A DNA stretch of 60,349 nucleotides, filler included, from Dugesia japonica (lineage: Eukaryota): the NCBI GenBank assembly GCA_001938525.1. It is 6 parts of 6 records of this genome, joined end to end, with 100 filler letters (N's around TTAATTAATTAA, not from the genome) between each part and the next. Parts side by side here need not be neighbours in the genome. Positions count along the whole stretch, not along the records: positions 1 to 9,515 come from MQRL01547338.1; positions 9,616 to 19,457 come from MQRL01627670.1; 4 more parts are not named here. One strand, 5' to 3'. Under the pieces are notes generated by a model. That model worked only from the letters and a program-made list of their open reading frames with translations. It had not been told where the DNA came from and did no database searches. Position numbers and translations under genes: made by a program. Of this stretch, positions 1 through 12,498 are shown piece by piece. Every line of letters starts with the position of its first letter. Positions within the stretch are counted from its first letter, which is position 1.

Positions 1-12
1 AAATCATCAATG

Positions 13-323
13 CCGAGGAAAAATTTGACCAAAACGCCAAAAAATTACCCAAACCAACCAATCCCGAGGAAATACGTAACCAAATTCATCTGAATCAATC
101 AAAAATTGATAAAATCGTCCAAAGATTGACCAATAGTGCCTAGACCGAGTAAATAACTGACCAAATCGTCCAAAGATTACCTAAACTGGCCAAAGCCGAA
201 GAAAAATTTAACCCAATCACCTAAAAATTACCCAATCTAACCAATCCTTAGAAAAAATTAGACCAAATTCACCTGGGCCAACGAAAAATCAACCTTATTC
301 CACCTCACCGAGAAAATTTTCGA
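13..323. repeat. Degenerate satellite-like tandem repeat (~180-bp period built from ~30-bp AAAAATT-ACC subunits)
   Basis: gccgaggaaaaatttgacc at 13 recurs as gccgaagaaaaatttaacc at ~194, and the following sequence also aligns; runs into an N gap. Confidence 0.6.
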
Positions 324-576
324 NNNNNNNNNNNNNNNNNNNNNNNNNNNNNNNNNNNNNNNNNNNNNNNNNNNNNNNNNNNNNNNNNNNNNNNNNNNNN
401 NNNNNNNNNNNNNNNNNNNNNNNNNNNNNNNNNNNNNNNNNNNNNNNNNNNNNNNNNNNNNNNNNNNNNNNNNNNNNNNNNNNNNNNNNNNNNNNNNNNN
501 NNNNNNNNNNNNNNNNNNNNNNNNNNNNNNNNNNNNNNNNNNNNNNNNNNNNNNNNNNNNNNNNNNNNNNNNNNAT

Positions 577-701
577 TAGAAAAATTTAAAAACAGTTATG
601 TAATAATCTCGCGACAAGATTAATTACATTATGTAACGCACACAAATGATCGCCGCCGTCTATTTACAATAGAAAAATTGAAAAACAGTTATGTCATAAT
701 C
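577..701. repeat. Pair of ~32-bp direct repeats
   Basis: tagaaaaatttaaaaacagttatgtaataatc (~577) and tagaaaaattgaaaaacagttatgtcataatc (~670). Confidence 0.7.
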
Positions 702-769
702 CGATTACGTATAGGGGCATGGGGGTTCTACTGAATGTGTGCTATTCTTTACCTCCACTATCTATCTAC

Positions 770-983
770 TTTGTAATCGAATGCTTTTAATATTATACTA
801 CAAATATTCTGTTTTTAAAGGTTCTTTACATCCCATTATTCTACAATTTCCTGATTTAAAAAATATAATAGTATATTTGCCGCTTTTATTAACAACTTGT
901 GATAGTTTTCCTGAAGGAAAGTTTATCTTTTTGGTGACTTCTTGAGATACTTTTCCCCTGTAATTATTATTAACAATTATCAT
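770..983 (-). pseudogene. TBP (TATA-binding protein)-fold gene, N-terminal repeat, truncated; part of a Polinton-like module
   Basis: MIIVNNNYRGKV...YTIIFFKSGNCRIMGCKEP resembles the TBP repeat motif LIFxSGKxVxTGAK; after a stop it continues YNIKSIRLQS (like TBP FKIQN); homologous to 46535-46662. Confidence 0.6.
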
Positions 984-1082
984 TAATAATTAATAGTTAT
1001 TATTGGTATATATATACTAGGGTTTTGTTGAAAGTACCTTTATTCATTTAAACATTATAAACATAATAGTAATTTATATAAA

Positions 1083-1716
1083 ATAAAAAAGGAATTGAGA
1101 AATGATGCCGTCTATCAAATTGTTGGTACAAGTGGTAGTAGGAAAAACCTTGTTTGTAAATAAATTATTGAAATCACATTTATTCAAATTAAAATTCAAC
1201 AAAATATACTGGCATAGAGGTGCGGATGAGGAACATGGTTTAACACAATCAGAATTCTGTAATATAAAAATGAAAATCATAAATGGATTCAATGAAAGTT
1301 GGAGAAAGAGATTAACCAGAGGTGATGTAATTATAATAGATGATCTATATCAAGAAGCCAACAAGGAAAATGACTTTAAAAATTTATTCACAAAGATATC
1401 CAGACATTGTAACATGGCTGTGATATTTATTTCTCAAAATATCTTTCATCAAGGAAGTAGTCATAGAACTCGAAACTTAAATGTGCAATACTTGGTTCTA
1501 TTTAAAAATCCACGAGATCAAACAGTAGTTGATTTTCTAGCAAGACAGGCCTATCCAAATAATAGAGAATTTCTTATTGATTCATTCAATGATGCAACAG
1601 TAAATTCGCATGGCTATATTTTTATAGACTTTACACAGCAATGTCCAGATGATCTTAGGGTACGAACTGATATTTTCAACTCAAAAGGAATCACTGTATA
1701 TAAACAATCAAGGTAA
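1083..1716 (+). pseudogene. A32/FtsK-like DNA packaging ATPase of Polinton/Maverick (adintovirus) type, with a +1 frameshift in Walker A
   Basis: Upstream frame (I)KKELRNDAVYQIVGTSGS, an extra A at 1140, then GKTLFV rebuilds Walker A GTSGSGKT; Walker B VIIIDDL; LFTKISRH, ISQNIFHQG, NVQYLVLFKNPRD, DAT..HGYIFIDF and RTDIF are typical Polinton ATPase motifs. Confidence 0.9.
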
Positions 1717-1734
1717 TTATATATATTTATAAAA

Positions 1735-1925
1735 ATGTCAAAATTTTAAAAAGTTATAGTTTATTAAGTAAAGCAATTGAAAACTAATGTTCTTCCAAAG
1801 GTCAAGAAGCAGATAAAGAAAAAACAAAAAAACAGATCAAAGATTTGAACAAGTTTAAAAAATTAGCAAAAAATTATGGAAAGAAAATATCAATGAAAAA
1901 TGGTAAATGGTTAAAGCTATAAAAA
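1735..1925 (+). pseudogene. Decayed small Lys-rich ORF downstream of the ATPase
   Basis: MSKF*KVIVY*VKQ...KNYGK; same position as, and similar to, ORF 44046-44240 (MTKLKKFVVDQV...KKYGKK). Confidence 0.45.
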
Positions 1926-1954
1926 AATGAAAGTAATTTATTGTTGTGAAAATG

Positions 1955-2190
1955 AAATGAAAACAAATTATTCCGTTTTTTACTGCATTGCTCAAGTCTC
2001 CAAAGAAATCGAGAAAGAATATTTTATAAGCATTTCCATCTTTTGTTATTAATGATTTGCTAGAGATTATTGTAAATGTAGTTCGTGGAAATGTAAATAT
2101 AAGCAAAACCAAAACACTAGTATTGAAAAACCACAAGAATTCTTTATTATCAATAGTAAAAACAAAAGATTAATAAGAAAAGTATTAGGG
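1955..2190 (+). pseudogene. Polinton-type small basic (virion core-like) protein remnant
   Basis: QIIPFFTALLKSPKKSRKNIL*AFPSFVINDLLEIIVNVVRGNVNISKTKTLVLKNHK resembles the EI..N.L.GN small protein that follows the ATPase in animal Polintons; contains an internal stop. Confidence 0.6.
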
Positions 2191-2619
2191 CAGCACTGGA
2201 ACATTTGGACTTTGTTTTAGAAATTTCTCAATCAATTTTTGTTAAAAAACAAAATTATCATTGGAATACCATTGCATAATAAAAGAAAGGGCAAATAATA
2301 AAATGATTTTTGTAAAAAAAACATGTCTCAAAGCTTACCTAGTTTTAAAGAATTATTTTTATTTTCACTTTGTTCTATNNNNNNNNNATTGTCACCTACA
2401 CTATGTTGAAACAAACTGTCAACTTGCAAACTAAAAACACCAATTGAATGCAATGCAGTGCCGCTAGTGGTAATTTTTGTACTACATATAATAGATAAAG
2501 TGCGTAGCTTAAACAGGTAAATTCGTAATATGACAATTTTTATGATATCGTTTAAAGTGTAATGACTTGGCCTATCTCTTTGTGCAATCAGCGACTCAAT
2601 CAAACGTGACGGCAAAAAG

Positions 2620-2790
2620 TTAATAAGTATTAATTCTTTGAAACTTTTATATATTCTTCTACAATTATTACAAAAAGAATTATCAGTTAATAAACATGTT
2701 TTTGAATAAACATGTGATGTTAAACCAGCTTTGTTTTTACATACACGATTACAATGTGTGTAAATAAATTCTGTTATTTTTATAAACAAG
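2620..2790 (-). mobile_element. Zinc-finger remnant, probably the C-terminus of an RTE-like non-LTR retrotransposon ORF
   Basis: HCNRVCKNKAGLTSHVYSKTC followed by CNNCRRIYKS. Confidence 0.4.
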
Positions 2791-3292
2791 AACTTTTAAT
2801 TGGATAGATATTTGATATTGAAGGTATTTATTAAATGGTGATTGCCAAAGCTTTGACATATGTTGATAGAAAATAAGTAACTTTTGGCTAACTATGTAGT
2901 AAATATGAGTACGTGTTGACTTTGCGCTTACTGCTTTTTATTAGAAAAGTAAGAATTTACACAATTAAATTTTTATTGGCGTACTTATAAATAAACAATT
3001 TTTGTTCTTATTTTCTGTAGCTTCTTGCACTTTATGAATTAACAAAACTAGCAGAAAAAGCCTTTAATAACGGAGATAATATTTGTCACAAAATTTATTT
3101 TCAATTTTAAAATGGAACCCATAATTATATTCGAAAAGCGTTAAAGTAGGCCAGTCAAAAAACAATCCCATGTCCGATTCAACAACATTCAAAAATACAA
3201 TGCTAACCAACTGCTTCAATCCAAAATATTTAAAACCAACAAAGAATATTTCTTTACTTTACTGTAAAATTATATTCTGTGGCAAAGTCAAT

Positions 3293-3620
3293 TACAGTCA
3301 ACCCTCATTAATCCGAAACATTAGAAATCGATTTCATTTGGATTGTGAATTAATTCGGATAATGAAGGAATTTAAATTCTATATGATCGCCAGATTAATG
3401 ATGAAATTATTAAGAAAATGACAATTATTTATTTAAAAAATCATCTAAAGATTTTTGTAGAGTTTTCTTTTGAATAAATTTCTGTAAATCAACTTTGACT
3501 TCTTTTAAATTTTTTACTGTATCATTGGTTATTTTTTGAGTAAAACTGTTTGAAGAAAAACTTGCTTTGATGACAATTTCAATTGCGTGGAATAAATTGC
3601 TTGGACAAATGTTGTAACGG
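3293..3620. mobile_element. Tigger/pogo-like element end
   Basis: TA|CAGTCAACCCTCATTAATCCGAA with an internal inverted copy ttcggataatgaagg, typical of pogo/Tigger termini. Confidence 0.5.
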
Positions 3621-3779
3621 TCATGTAATCTAGTATGATATGCTTTTATTTAAAATAATATAACTATTTCAGTATTTTTTAATCATCTGATTATCCTTCT
3701 GCTTTTTTGCTTTTTTTGTTTCTTTTTATTTAAATAAATTATATTCAAATCCATTGTTAAAGAATAATAATTCAGCATA

Positions 3780-3962
3780 GAATATACTGATCTTCTCATT
3801 AAAATATTAATCTCAATATTAAAAATATTGATCTAAACATTGAAAATATAGGTTTGATAGAAAATATGGGTATTATCTTGAAATTTTGGGTTTTTTCATG
3901 AAAATATTGGTTTTGCCAAGAAAATGAGTTTTATAATAAAAACTTTGGTTTTATCATTGAAT
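3780..3962. repeat. ~21-bp degenerate minisatellite
   Basis: Repeated aaaatattg(g/a)t(t/c)t..cattg units. Confidence 0.65.
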
Positions 3963-4019
3963 ATAAGGCCATTAAATTAGATATATTCAATAAACTACAT
4001 AAGGATTTATTAATATTTT

Positions 4020-7000
4020 TAACACTTAGACCAACACAGGGACAAGCAACTAATACTTTTTCAATTATTTCTTATTCAAACTAGATTTCGCTTCATTCTC
4101 ACTAAGTTTCTTTGCTTTAATTTAGAAAATTGATAGGTAAGAACAAGAGTGAGATTGATTAAATTTACTTTAACTAGTAAGATTTAATCTGAAATTTGAT
4201 AGTAGTCGATAAATATTGTCGGAAATTGCACAGTAGTCAATAAAAATTTCTGAAATTTTATAGTAGTCGATAAAAAGTTTATAAAATTGCACAGTAGTCG
4301 ATAATAATTTTATGAAATTGCATAGTAGTTCATAATATTTTGAAAATCCTATGTAAATGAATGAGAAAATAATTCAATTATTGCACAGAAGTCTCTAAAT
4401 TAATAAAAAATTAATTAAAAAACTAATAATTTCAAAAATTAATTAATTAAAAGTTAAAAACATTAATCGAACATTTATTAATAACAAAATAACTCTTCCA
4501 ATTTCTTCAACGATCTATCATAACCTANNNNNNNNNNNNNNNNNNNNNNNNNNNNNNNNNNNNNNNNNNNNNNNNNNNNNNNNNNNNNNNNNNNNNNNNN
4601 NNNNNNNNNNNNNNNNNNNNNNNNNNNNNNNNNNNNNNNNNNNNNNNNNNNNNNNNNNNNNNNNNNNNNNNNNNNNNNNNNNNNNNTTATTTTTTAACAT
4701 AGATAACTTGATGTTACGTTTAGAAAATAATTCCATATCAGTTCTTGATGATAAATCTGGTATTTTAATAGTAGAAATCTCATGAAACATTTCTCTTTGT
4801 AGAATTTCAGCTTTTTTAATCTGATGATTTACTTTGGAATTTGATAACGACTTTTGGATATTGAGAGGTTTTAATTCTTGCAAAACTTTCTAAAAGAAAA
4901 AATTCAAAACTTTTTATTATCATTTTTATTGTTAAGCATTACTTGGCATTTATCTGACTTTAATTTTGATAATTTATTGTTTAAATAATTGATAGTACCA
5001 TGAAAACAACTAATTTCTGATAAAACTTTATTATCAGACTCTTGAATATGATAACTGTTGTGGACTGGAAAATGTCAATTAAATGAAATGAGAGCTAGAA
5101 TGAAGAACAGACCTGATGTGGAGCCAAGATCAAATGAATCTTTATCTTTAGCGTCTGAAATGCGTTTAATATCGGTTTGCATCTGTGATAATTTTTTTAC
5201 TAATTCGGATACTTTTTCACTTTCAGTTCTAAATATAATCCTTTAAATATTTGTATAAGTTATGAAACATTTGGTAATACTATTTTATAATTATACTAGC
5301 CAAGTTATCAAGTTTATCAGGTATCCAAAATGAATTTAAAAAATGAAGTTAAATAAATTTAAGTTAGTGATAATATATTTCACCCACCTGTATTATCACT
5401 TTATCTAATTATAAAGTAAAATTTACTTATTGAACGAATAAAATTATTATTATTATTATAAAAAAATTTATTATTATTATAAAAATTATTATTATAATTT
5501 TTACTCCCCAACATTACATTCTACATATTTTCATTTTACATTAATAGCATTTCAAAAATTAAACTTTAAATGAAGTACTCTTGATATTTTGGATTGTTAT
5601 TGGTAAATTTTTTTATATTTGTAGCATAATTTCTCAACATTTTATTGTTTTACAATCTCCTCTTAATGAATTCAGTCACTCTACTATTGCCATATATTCT
5701 ATTTTTATTAATTATATAGTATACCTAATATAACAATAGAAAAATATATGTAAAAGATAAGAGAATTTTTCTTACTTCTTTTCAAGGTTCTCTAATTTAA
5801 TAATTTTGTCACTCAGTTGTCGTATTTTTATATCCCGACTTTTAATACCGTCCTCATATTTCTTCTTGATATGATTTACTTCTAGAATACTTTCTCCCAA
5901 AGAACTCGATTTCTTTTGTAACTCCATATTAAGTAATGACAATTTTTCATTTTGTTTCTTGATCTCCGAAGGTAAAGATGAAAGGAGGCCACATTTTTCT
6001 CGATAATTACTAGCAATCAAATCTATAGAAGAAGAAGACTGAAATATATTTTCATAAAATGAATAATTTCAAGATTTTAGTACTCGTGTAATTGTCTTGT
6101 CTGTATCATACACTCCGGACTTGAAATTTGCAACGATTTCTCCACTTGATTGCTCTATTGAGTTTAGTTTCCATATTATTTCAACTAAAGAAATTTCGGA
6201 TGAATGTAATTGGAATTTGCAAAGAAGTTCAATTATTCCATTGATTGCTTCATCTGGTATGATATTTTCCTTATATTCATTTATCTTTAACCAATATCAA
6301 AAGAAACTTTCTTACATCATTTAATTGCAACCCATAATCAGCAATCGGTAGCACAATATCGATCATATTTATCGCAATTTTATTCATAGATTGGCAAAGA
6401 ACAGAATCAAATGTAATTTTTTGATTTTGTCTTAAAAATACTAATGAACCTTTCATTTTTGAATAAAGGTTTGTCGAAATGGCTTGCATTTTGATAAGAA
6501 AATCTTTGAGTTGCTTGTCAACAGTCATCTAATATAATTTATAGTAAATTGTATTTTTGAAAATAAATGAGAGATGTAGCACTGATTATTATCTGAGAGC
6601 GTGAAATATCCAAAAACGATAAAGTTCGAATGAGAATTGACAGAATGACAGGGATTCTCTGTAATGGTGAAAGAATTGTTAAAAATTAGATAAAGGCAGA
6701 AAATGAAAAGTTTTTAATTGTTCGGTATAATCATATGATCATCTATTGAGAACGATTGTTCTTTTCTTCAAAATGAAGTAAACTTACTTAACAACTTAGA
6801 TTAAATGAAAATGGAAATATTAAAATATTAGAATCAGGAATTTATAGTTTACCATTTTTAAAGCTCTGCACGATCTAAGTTGAATCATAAATGGAGTTCT
6901 TAAAATATTGAGAAGTTTCTATTTCTCATTAATTTGTTATTTCTGTAAATATTTTCAGCATTTTATGATAAATTTTTCATGTGAAATTATTTTCTAATTT

Positions 7001-7708
7001 TATTCATTACAAATTTCTACTGTAGATAGTTGTTAAATTTTCCATTTTCTGCTTTCATTTAATTTAAATTAAATTAAAACAAAAATAACTATAAAAAGTT
7101 AAATAAAATCTCACATTTCCAATCATCTTTGTAATCCATCTGAGATCGTTAGAGAGACATTCAGAACCTTTCATTAAAACCTTGATAAAGTCATTCATTT
7201 TGATGTTACAATCAGCCGGTTTCGTATTAAATATTTCATCATAAATTTGTTTGAAATATGTTATTGATTGGATAATATTAGAGAAATCTCTGTTGCAATC
7301 GAGATTTTGGTTTTTGATCAAGCCAATTAGCGAATCCAAACTTGTTTCATGTTTTATTATCTCTTTATGGTAATTTGCAATTGTATAAAGAGATTCCGGA
7401 GAACAACACTCAAGATTTCTAATAAATCCATCAATAATTAAAACAAATGAAATTCTACTACATTTGTAATTGTTTTAAAAATCCTTTCCAAATTAATAAT
7501 AATAATTCAGTTTTATACTGAACACTGATATTTTCATGCTTTTCTTCTATGGAACCACCATGTCTAAATCTTCGTTTTTCAGATATCTGAAATCAATNNN
7601 NNNNNNNNNNNNNNNNNNNNNNNNNNNNNNNNNNNNNNNNNNNNNNNNNNNNNNNNNNNNNNNNNNNNNNNNNNNNNNNNNNNNNNNNNNNNNNNNNNNN
7701 NNNNNNNN

Positions 7709-7765
<57 letters not shown>

Positions 7766-8269
7766 TGAAGAAGAAGAAGAATCCTAACGATAATAGCATT
7801 AATGATAATGATAATACTAATAATAATAATAATAAATAGAAATATGAACAGTGATGTTAATAATGTTAATATTAATAGTATAAGTAAGAAATAGTATTAA
7901 TGATAGGAATTTTTGTATATTGACTCTTCCTAATGATAACAATGTTGAGGTAATCATTAAACTGAATAACTATGACATATTATCTAAGGAGTCGAAGCAT
8001 GGTTCGTAAAGTTTATCAACAACGAGGATAATAATGAATAAAACGATATTAAATCTCGATATTTAATATTATAATAATCAATAAATTAATTAATAATTTA
8101 TAAATAATAAATCTCTATATTAAATTATAATAATTATAATAATTATAATAATAATAATCAATAATCAATAATAATAATAATCAATAATAATAATATTATT
8201 AATAGTAATCAATAATAATAATAATAATCAATAAATATAATAATCAATAATAAATAATAATAAATAATA

Positions 8270-8319
<50 letters not shown>

Positions 8320-8369
8320 NNNNNNNNNNNNNNNNNNNNNNNNNNNNNNNNNNNNNNNNNNNNNNNNNN

Positions 8370-8430
<61 letters not shown>

Positions 8431-9515
8431 TTAATAGTAATCAATAATAATAATAATCAATAATAATAATATTATTAACAGTAATCAATAATAATAATAA
8501 TAATCAATAAATATAATAATCAATAATAAATAATAATAAATAATAATAATAATAATAATAATAATATTAATAGTAATCAATAATAATAATAATTAAAATA
8601 AAAACTTACATAATCCAAAATCAAAGATATTTTGTCCATAAATCGTTTTACCACTAAAACAATATTAATAACGTCATATTCACCACCAACTCTCGAGAAT
8701 GTTGTCGGCAAATATTGGGTTATCAACTTGATTTGTAAATATTTCTGTTCGAGATCTATTTTCATCAATTTACCGTCAATATCCTAAAGTTTCATAATAT
8801 AAAATGATAAACATGTATTACATATGTATTATTACTTGTTTTATATCAGCTTCTATTGATTTTTGTTTGGCATAATTGATAATTGAAAACCTACGATTTG
8901 ATTCTTGTGCTCTTTCTATGATTTCATTTTTTCGAGNNNNNNNNNNNNNNNNNNNNNNNNNNNNNNNNNNNNNNNNNNNNNNNNNNNNNNNNNNNNNNNN
9001 NNNNNNNNNNNNNNNNNNNACATTTTCTTGCTGTTTTTCATAGAATGAATTTTGGAGTTTAATAAATTGCTCATTAATACAATCGTATTCTTCGTGTAAA
9101 CTTCTCATTTCTTTGTTTTTAGTTTCTATTACTTCGAGATTCTTATCTTCTATACGATCCTAATTCACAAATAATAAATTTAAAACAAAAATACTAAATC
9201 TACTAATTCGATTAATTTTTTATTCTGTTTTCTCAATTCCTCTTCTAAATTGCCATTAACGAATGTTAACTTATCTACAATAGCTTGTGCATCTGCAGTG
9301 CTATCGACTAAATCTTTCATTTCTTTTAAATCTCGTTCATATTTTTCTAATTTTGTTTTCGACGTCTCCAATTCTGCTTCTTGATAAAATTTTATTTCTT
9401 TTAATATTTCCAACTAAAATAAATATTTCCTTATTTAAATGAGACTGATTACATTTCTAATATAACCTCTGCATCTTTCTTTTTACTAATTTCTTCTAAA
9501 CTCTTATTGTCTTGA
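4020..9515 (-). CDS. DCTN1: Dynactin subunit 1 (p150Glued), multi-exon, 5' part cut off by the scaffold end
   Basis: Exons encode QDNKSLEEISKKKDAE|LEILKEIK...LVDSTADAQAIVDKLTFVNGNLEEELR (cf. [26 protein letters not shown]), YLPTTFSRVGGEYDVINIVLVVKRFMDK (cf. [25 protein letters not shown]) and VANFKSGVYDTD (cf. MQEGEYDAE); GT-AG introns of ~30-60 nt; 3' end approximate. Confidence 0.88.
4172..4335. repeat. ~30-bp minisatellite, probably intronic in DCTN1
   Basis: Five to six copies of (ca/ta)gtagtcgataa..tt..gaaattg. Confidence 0.8.
7709..8592. repeat. (AAT)n microsatellite-rich intron of DCTN1
   Basis: Long AAT runs with internal duplications. Confidence 0.9.
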
Positions 9516-9615
9516 NNNNNNNNNNNNNNNNNNNNNNNNNNNNNNNNNNNNNNNNNNNNTTAATTAATTAANNNNNNNNNNNNNNNNNNNNNNNNNNNNN
9601 NNNNNNNNNNNNNNN
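9516..9615. other. Artificial scaffold spacer (44N-TTAATTAATTAA-44N)
   Basis: Identical 100-nt structure found five times; the core gives stops in all six frames. Confidence 0.95.
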
Positions 9616-11459
9616 AATAAAATTACTTGAAACATATATATTATTGAACTCTTGAGGAATTTCATTTTGATTCCATGAAATTCTGAAGGCTTTCCGTAAT
9701 CTACAGTGATGGTCATTATCTTTTGTTAAACTAAAAATTTGTTGCATGTTAAAAAAGTGATAATTTTATTAAATGTCTTTGCTTTTATAGTCTGCGTTGA
9801 AAAACATTAAATGAATAGTTTGCATGTATTGCTTTTTATTGGTTGAAATGTGTTACTATGATTATTATCATGTTTTGATTGGTTTTTCTTTGTTTAAACA
9901 ATATAAGTGCAATAAAAATGCAATTCCGTTGCCAGTTAAACAAAACAAGTATATATTGATGATTGGTTGAATTTATTTGGTTGTGTTACAACAAATTTGT
10001 ATATAAACAATTTATTTACCGTTTANNNNNNNNNNNNNNNNNNNNNNNNNNNNNNNNNNNNNNNNNNNNNNNNNNNNNNNNNNNNNNNNNNNNNNNNNNN
10101 NNNNNNNNNNNNNNNNNNNAGATCTTGCAAGAAGAATAATAAATGAAATGTATCCAGAATGCGAAAGAAAATCCAAACTGTTGGAAGAAGAAGAATGTTG
10201 GGACTACGTTCTGGAAAAAGAGTTGATTGATATAAAGAGAGTTTTATACCTTTTTGAAAGCGAATTTGAAATAGTGTTCGGGCGAAACAACCAGTCAAGG
10301 AGGAAATTAGATTATCACCACCAACAAGTACTCTAAAGAGAAAAAGGAATAATACGTTATTATCACAAAAGAAAACAAATACACAAAATGAAATCAGGTC
10401 GTAAATTAATGACAAAAGGAACAATCTAAGAAAAGCTGATAAATGCGTACTGAGATAATCAAATCAAGGAAATTACTGAATTATTATTTAAACAGCGGGA
10501 AAATGATTAACCGGAATAATTAATTATAAAGAAAAATATAAATTAATTAAAAACTAAAATAAATTAAAATTAAATCAAAATTCATTTGGGGAGAATATCT
10601 ATGCCCCAGAAGATCGGAGGAGCTCAGCACAAGAAAATTTCCGAAGAAATTAGGGCTAGTCATCGATTTTTTCTGGTCTACAAATTCCATCACGATCCGA
10701 AATGATGTTATAAGGTCCAAAAAACTAGACCAATGGGAGGTCAAAAATTAAACTTAAAACAAAAGCATCATTATCATGTGCCTTTACAAAAATAGGCACC
10801 AATAGAATGCAGAGAATTCCGTAGAAAAACTCTGAGACTTGGTACCAGCTCTAATGAAAAACCAAAATACGAAATTAAAAATAACCAGCCAGTGATGATC
10901 AAATCGGGGTGTATTCAGGAAGCTATTTAAACCCCCAGAAAAAGTAACGGAGATAATTAGAAAAAACGAAATCACCTGGTATCATTACGACTTAATTCGA
11001 AGATTATAAATTGCAAAGTCAACTACCTATTACGTTATCATAGTATTCATAGCCAGCCTAGTGAATAGGTGTGTTACATTGTTTTTGTTTTTTACGGTTT
11101 TACCGAATATTTTCCAGTGATATGTGTGTAGAAGATCCATCAAATTTAGTAATCATCCTGTTTTTGACACACAATATTCAACTCTGACTTCTATGCACAC
11201 ACGCACACGTTAAGTCATCGGCTTAATTATTATGGCTCACCAGGAGGATCGATGTCTTAGTAAATAATCAAAAACAAAAACAGCAAGTCACTAAGCAACC
11301 ACATGCGGCAACTATTTAAATTGACTAAATTAATATGATTTTGGGTTTTTCCCCAGTAAAGTTTCTGCTGGTTAAATTGTGAAATTATACCGGAAGATAT
11401 AGAGACTAATTATAATTACCCCCACTGATCTTTTAAATTGTATGGAACAATAAGGCGCA

Positions 11460-12146
11460 GGTCTATTCATGTTTTATGTCTACCCCTAATCCAAACCATT
11501 TCTAAGGATAGTTTAAGAAATTTTTGTCATTAAATCGAGATACTGATACTGTAATTGCGTGATTACTACTACTCATCGAGATCTCGCAGATTCCTACTAA
11601 TATTGCAGGATCATCGTTAGCATTATGATGGGTAGCTGGTATTATGTTGCTACGGATAATCTTGCCGCTGCTGGCTTTATCGGGAAGGTAATTTTTCAAT
11701 AGGTCCGGTCACCGCGTTACTAGTGTTAGGATTAACTGCCCCACGATTATAATAGTCACTGACATTCACCATGATCACCCTCAAACCTTTAGTATCAGTA
11801 TCCTAGTTGGAGATAGGGTAAATTTAAGCTCCTGCAGTTGGCCAGGGATTTTGGTTGCAATAAAGTCCCGATAAGAAATCGTTATTTCTTTTGTAATTAA
11901 AGCCCTAGCTGAGGCTGACGGATTAATAATTTTCCTTTTAGTTCATGACAGCAGAACTATACCACACCCTCCAATGGATAAAGAAGCGACGACAGATAAC
12001 TCGGATAAGGCAGTTAATAGCACATCTGTCAACCAAGGGTAAAGTGGAATACCCAGATGAAACTGACCTGTGTTATCTAGCAGAGATGTTCCCTTTAGGT
12101 GAGGAAATGGATAAAGAATGATTTTCTTGTCTTGTTGGCGACTCAA
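11460..12146 (-). pseudogene. Decayed ORF of unknown function in a GC-richer island
   Basis: Coding-like frames broken by stops and frameshifts (ORFs 11943-12146 and 11502-11699, with GLRVIMVNVSDYYNRGAVNPNTSNAVTGP between). Confidence 0.4.
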
Positions 12147-12249
12147 TGATTAAAATAAAATTCAGTCGAATCTTTCGGTGTTTTTCTCGCTATTTATATA
12201 AATCATTTCTTATAACCTAAGGCCATTTTATTAGAATTTTATTTAGAAA

Positions 12250-12498
12250 ATGGAATCTATATGGGAACGTATAGTCGATCGGCGGACTCGCCGTATAATT
12301 TTCCGTCGACATAACAATCCCCACGATCGAGACGCGGGAATTCTATCCAACAGATCGAATTTACCTCCAGTCGAAGCTGCTGTGGCCCGTATCCAGAGCT
12401 TCGGGGAGCGATTAAGTTTTCGGCAATGGAATGGGCCGGAGCGCAATCATGCTACCCAGTTCCGATATCAACCCCCAGCACCCCCGCCAGTAGTATAG
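12250..12498 (+). CDS. Hypothetical Arg/Pro-rich protein (element-associated)
   Basis: 82-aa ORF, much higher GC than flanks, AAAATGG start context downstream of tatttatataaa (~12191). Confidence 0.5.
   Translation: MESIWERIVDRRTRRIIFRRHNNPHDRDAGILSNRSNLPPVEAAVARIQSFGERLSFRQWNGPERNHATQFRYQPPAPPPVV

Noticed and set aside
1855-2136. Minus-strand 93-aa hydrophobic ORF (also 1074-1292 and 739-945)
   Set aside because: Antisense shadows of the Polinton-like genes on the opposite strand
5058-6324. Plus-strand ORFs 5058-5246 and 6097-6324
   Set aside because: Antisense to DCTN1 exons
7593-8444. Poly-Leu/Ile/Tyr ORFs (also 22085-22393 and 52422-53039)
   Set aside because: Translations of (AAT)n microsatellites and N gaps
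9560-9571. TTAATTAATTAA as a biological palindrome or piggyBac site
   Set aside because: Always flanked by exactly 44 N on each side, so it is a synthetic six-frame-stop linker
9628-9700. Upstream DCTN1 exon
   Set aside because: Exon-like, but on the other side of a scaffold spacer and with no recognisable dynactin similarity
10120-10990. LTR retrotransposon gag/protease remnant
   Set aside because: Coding-like, but no diagnostic motif could be read
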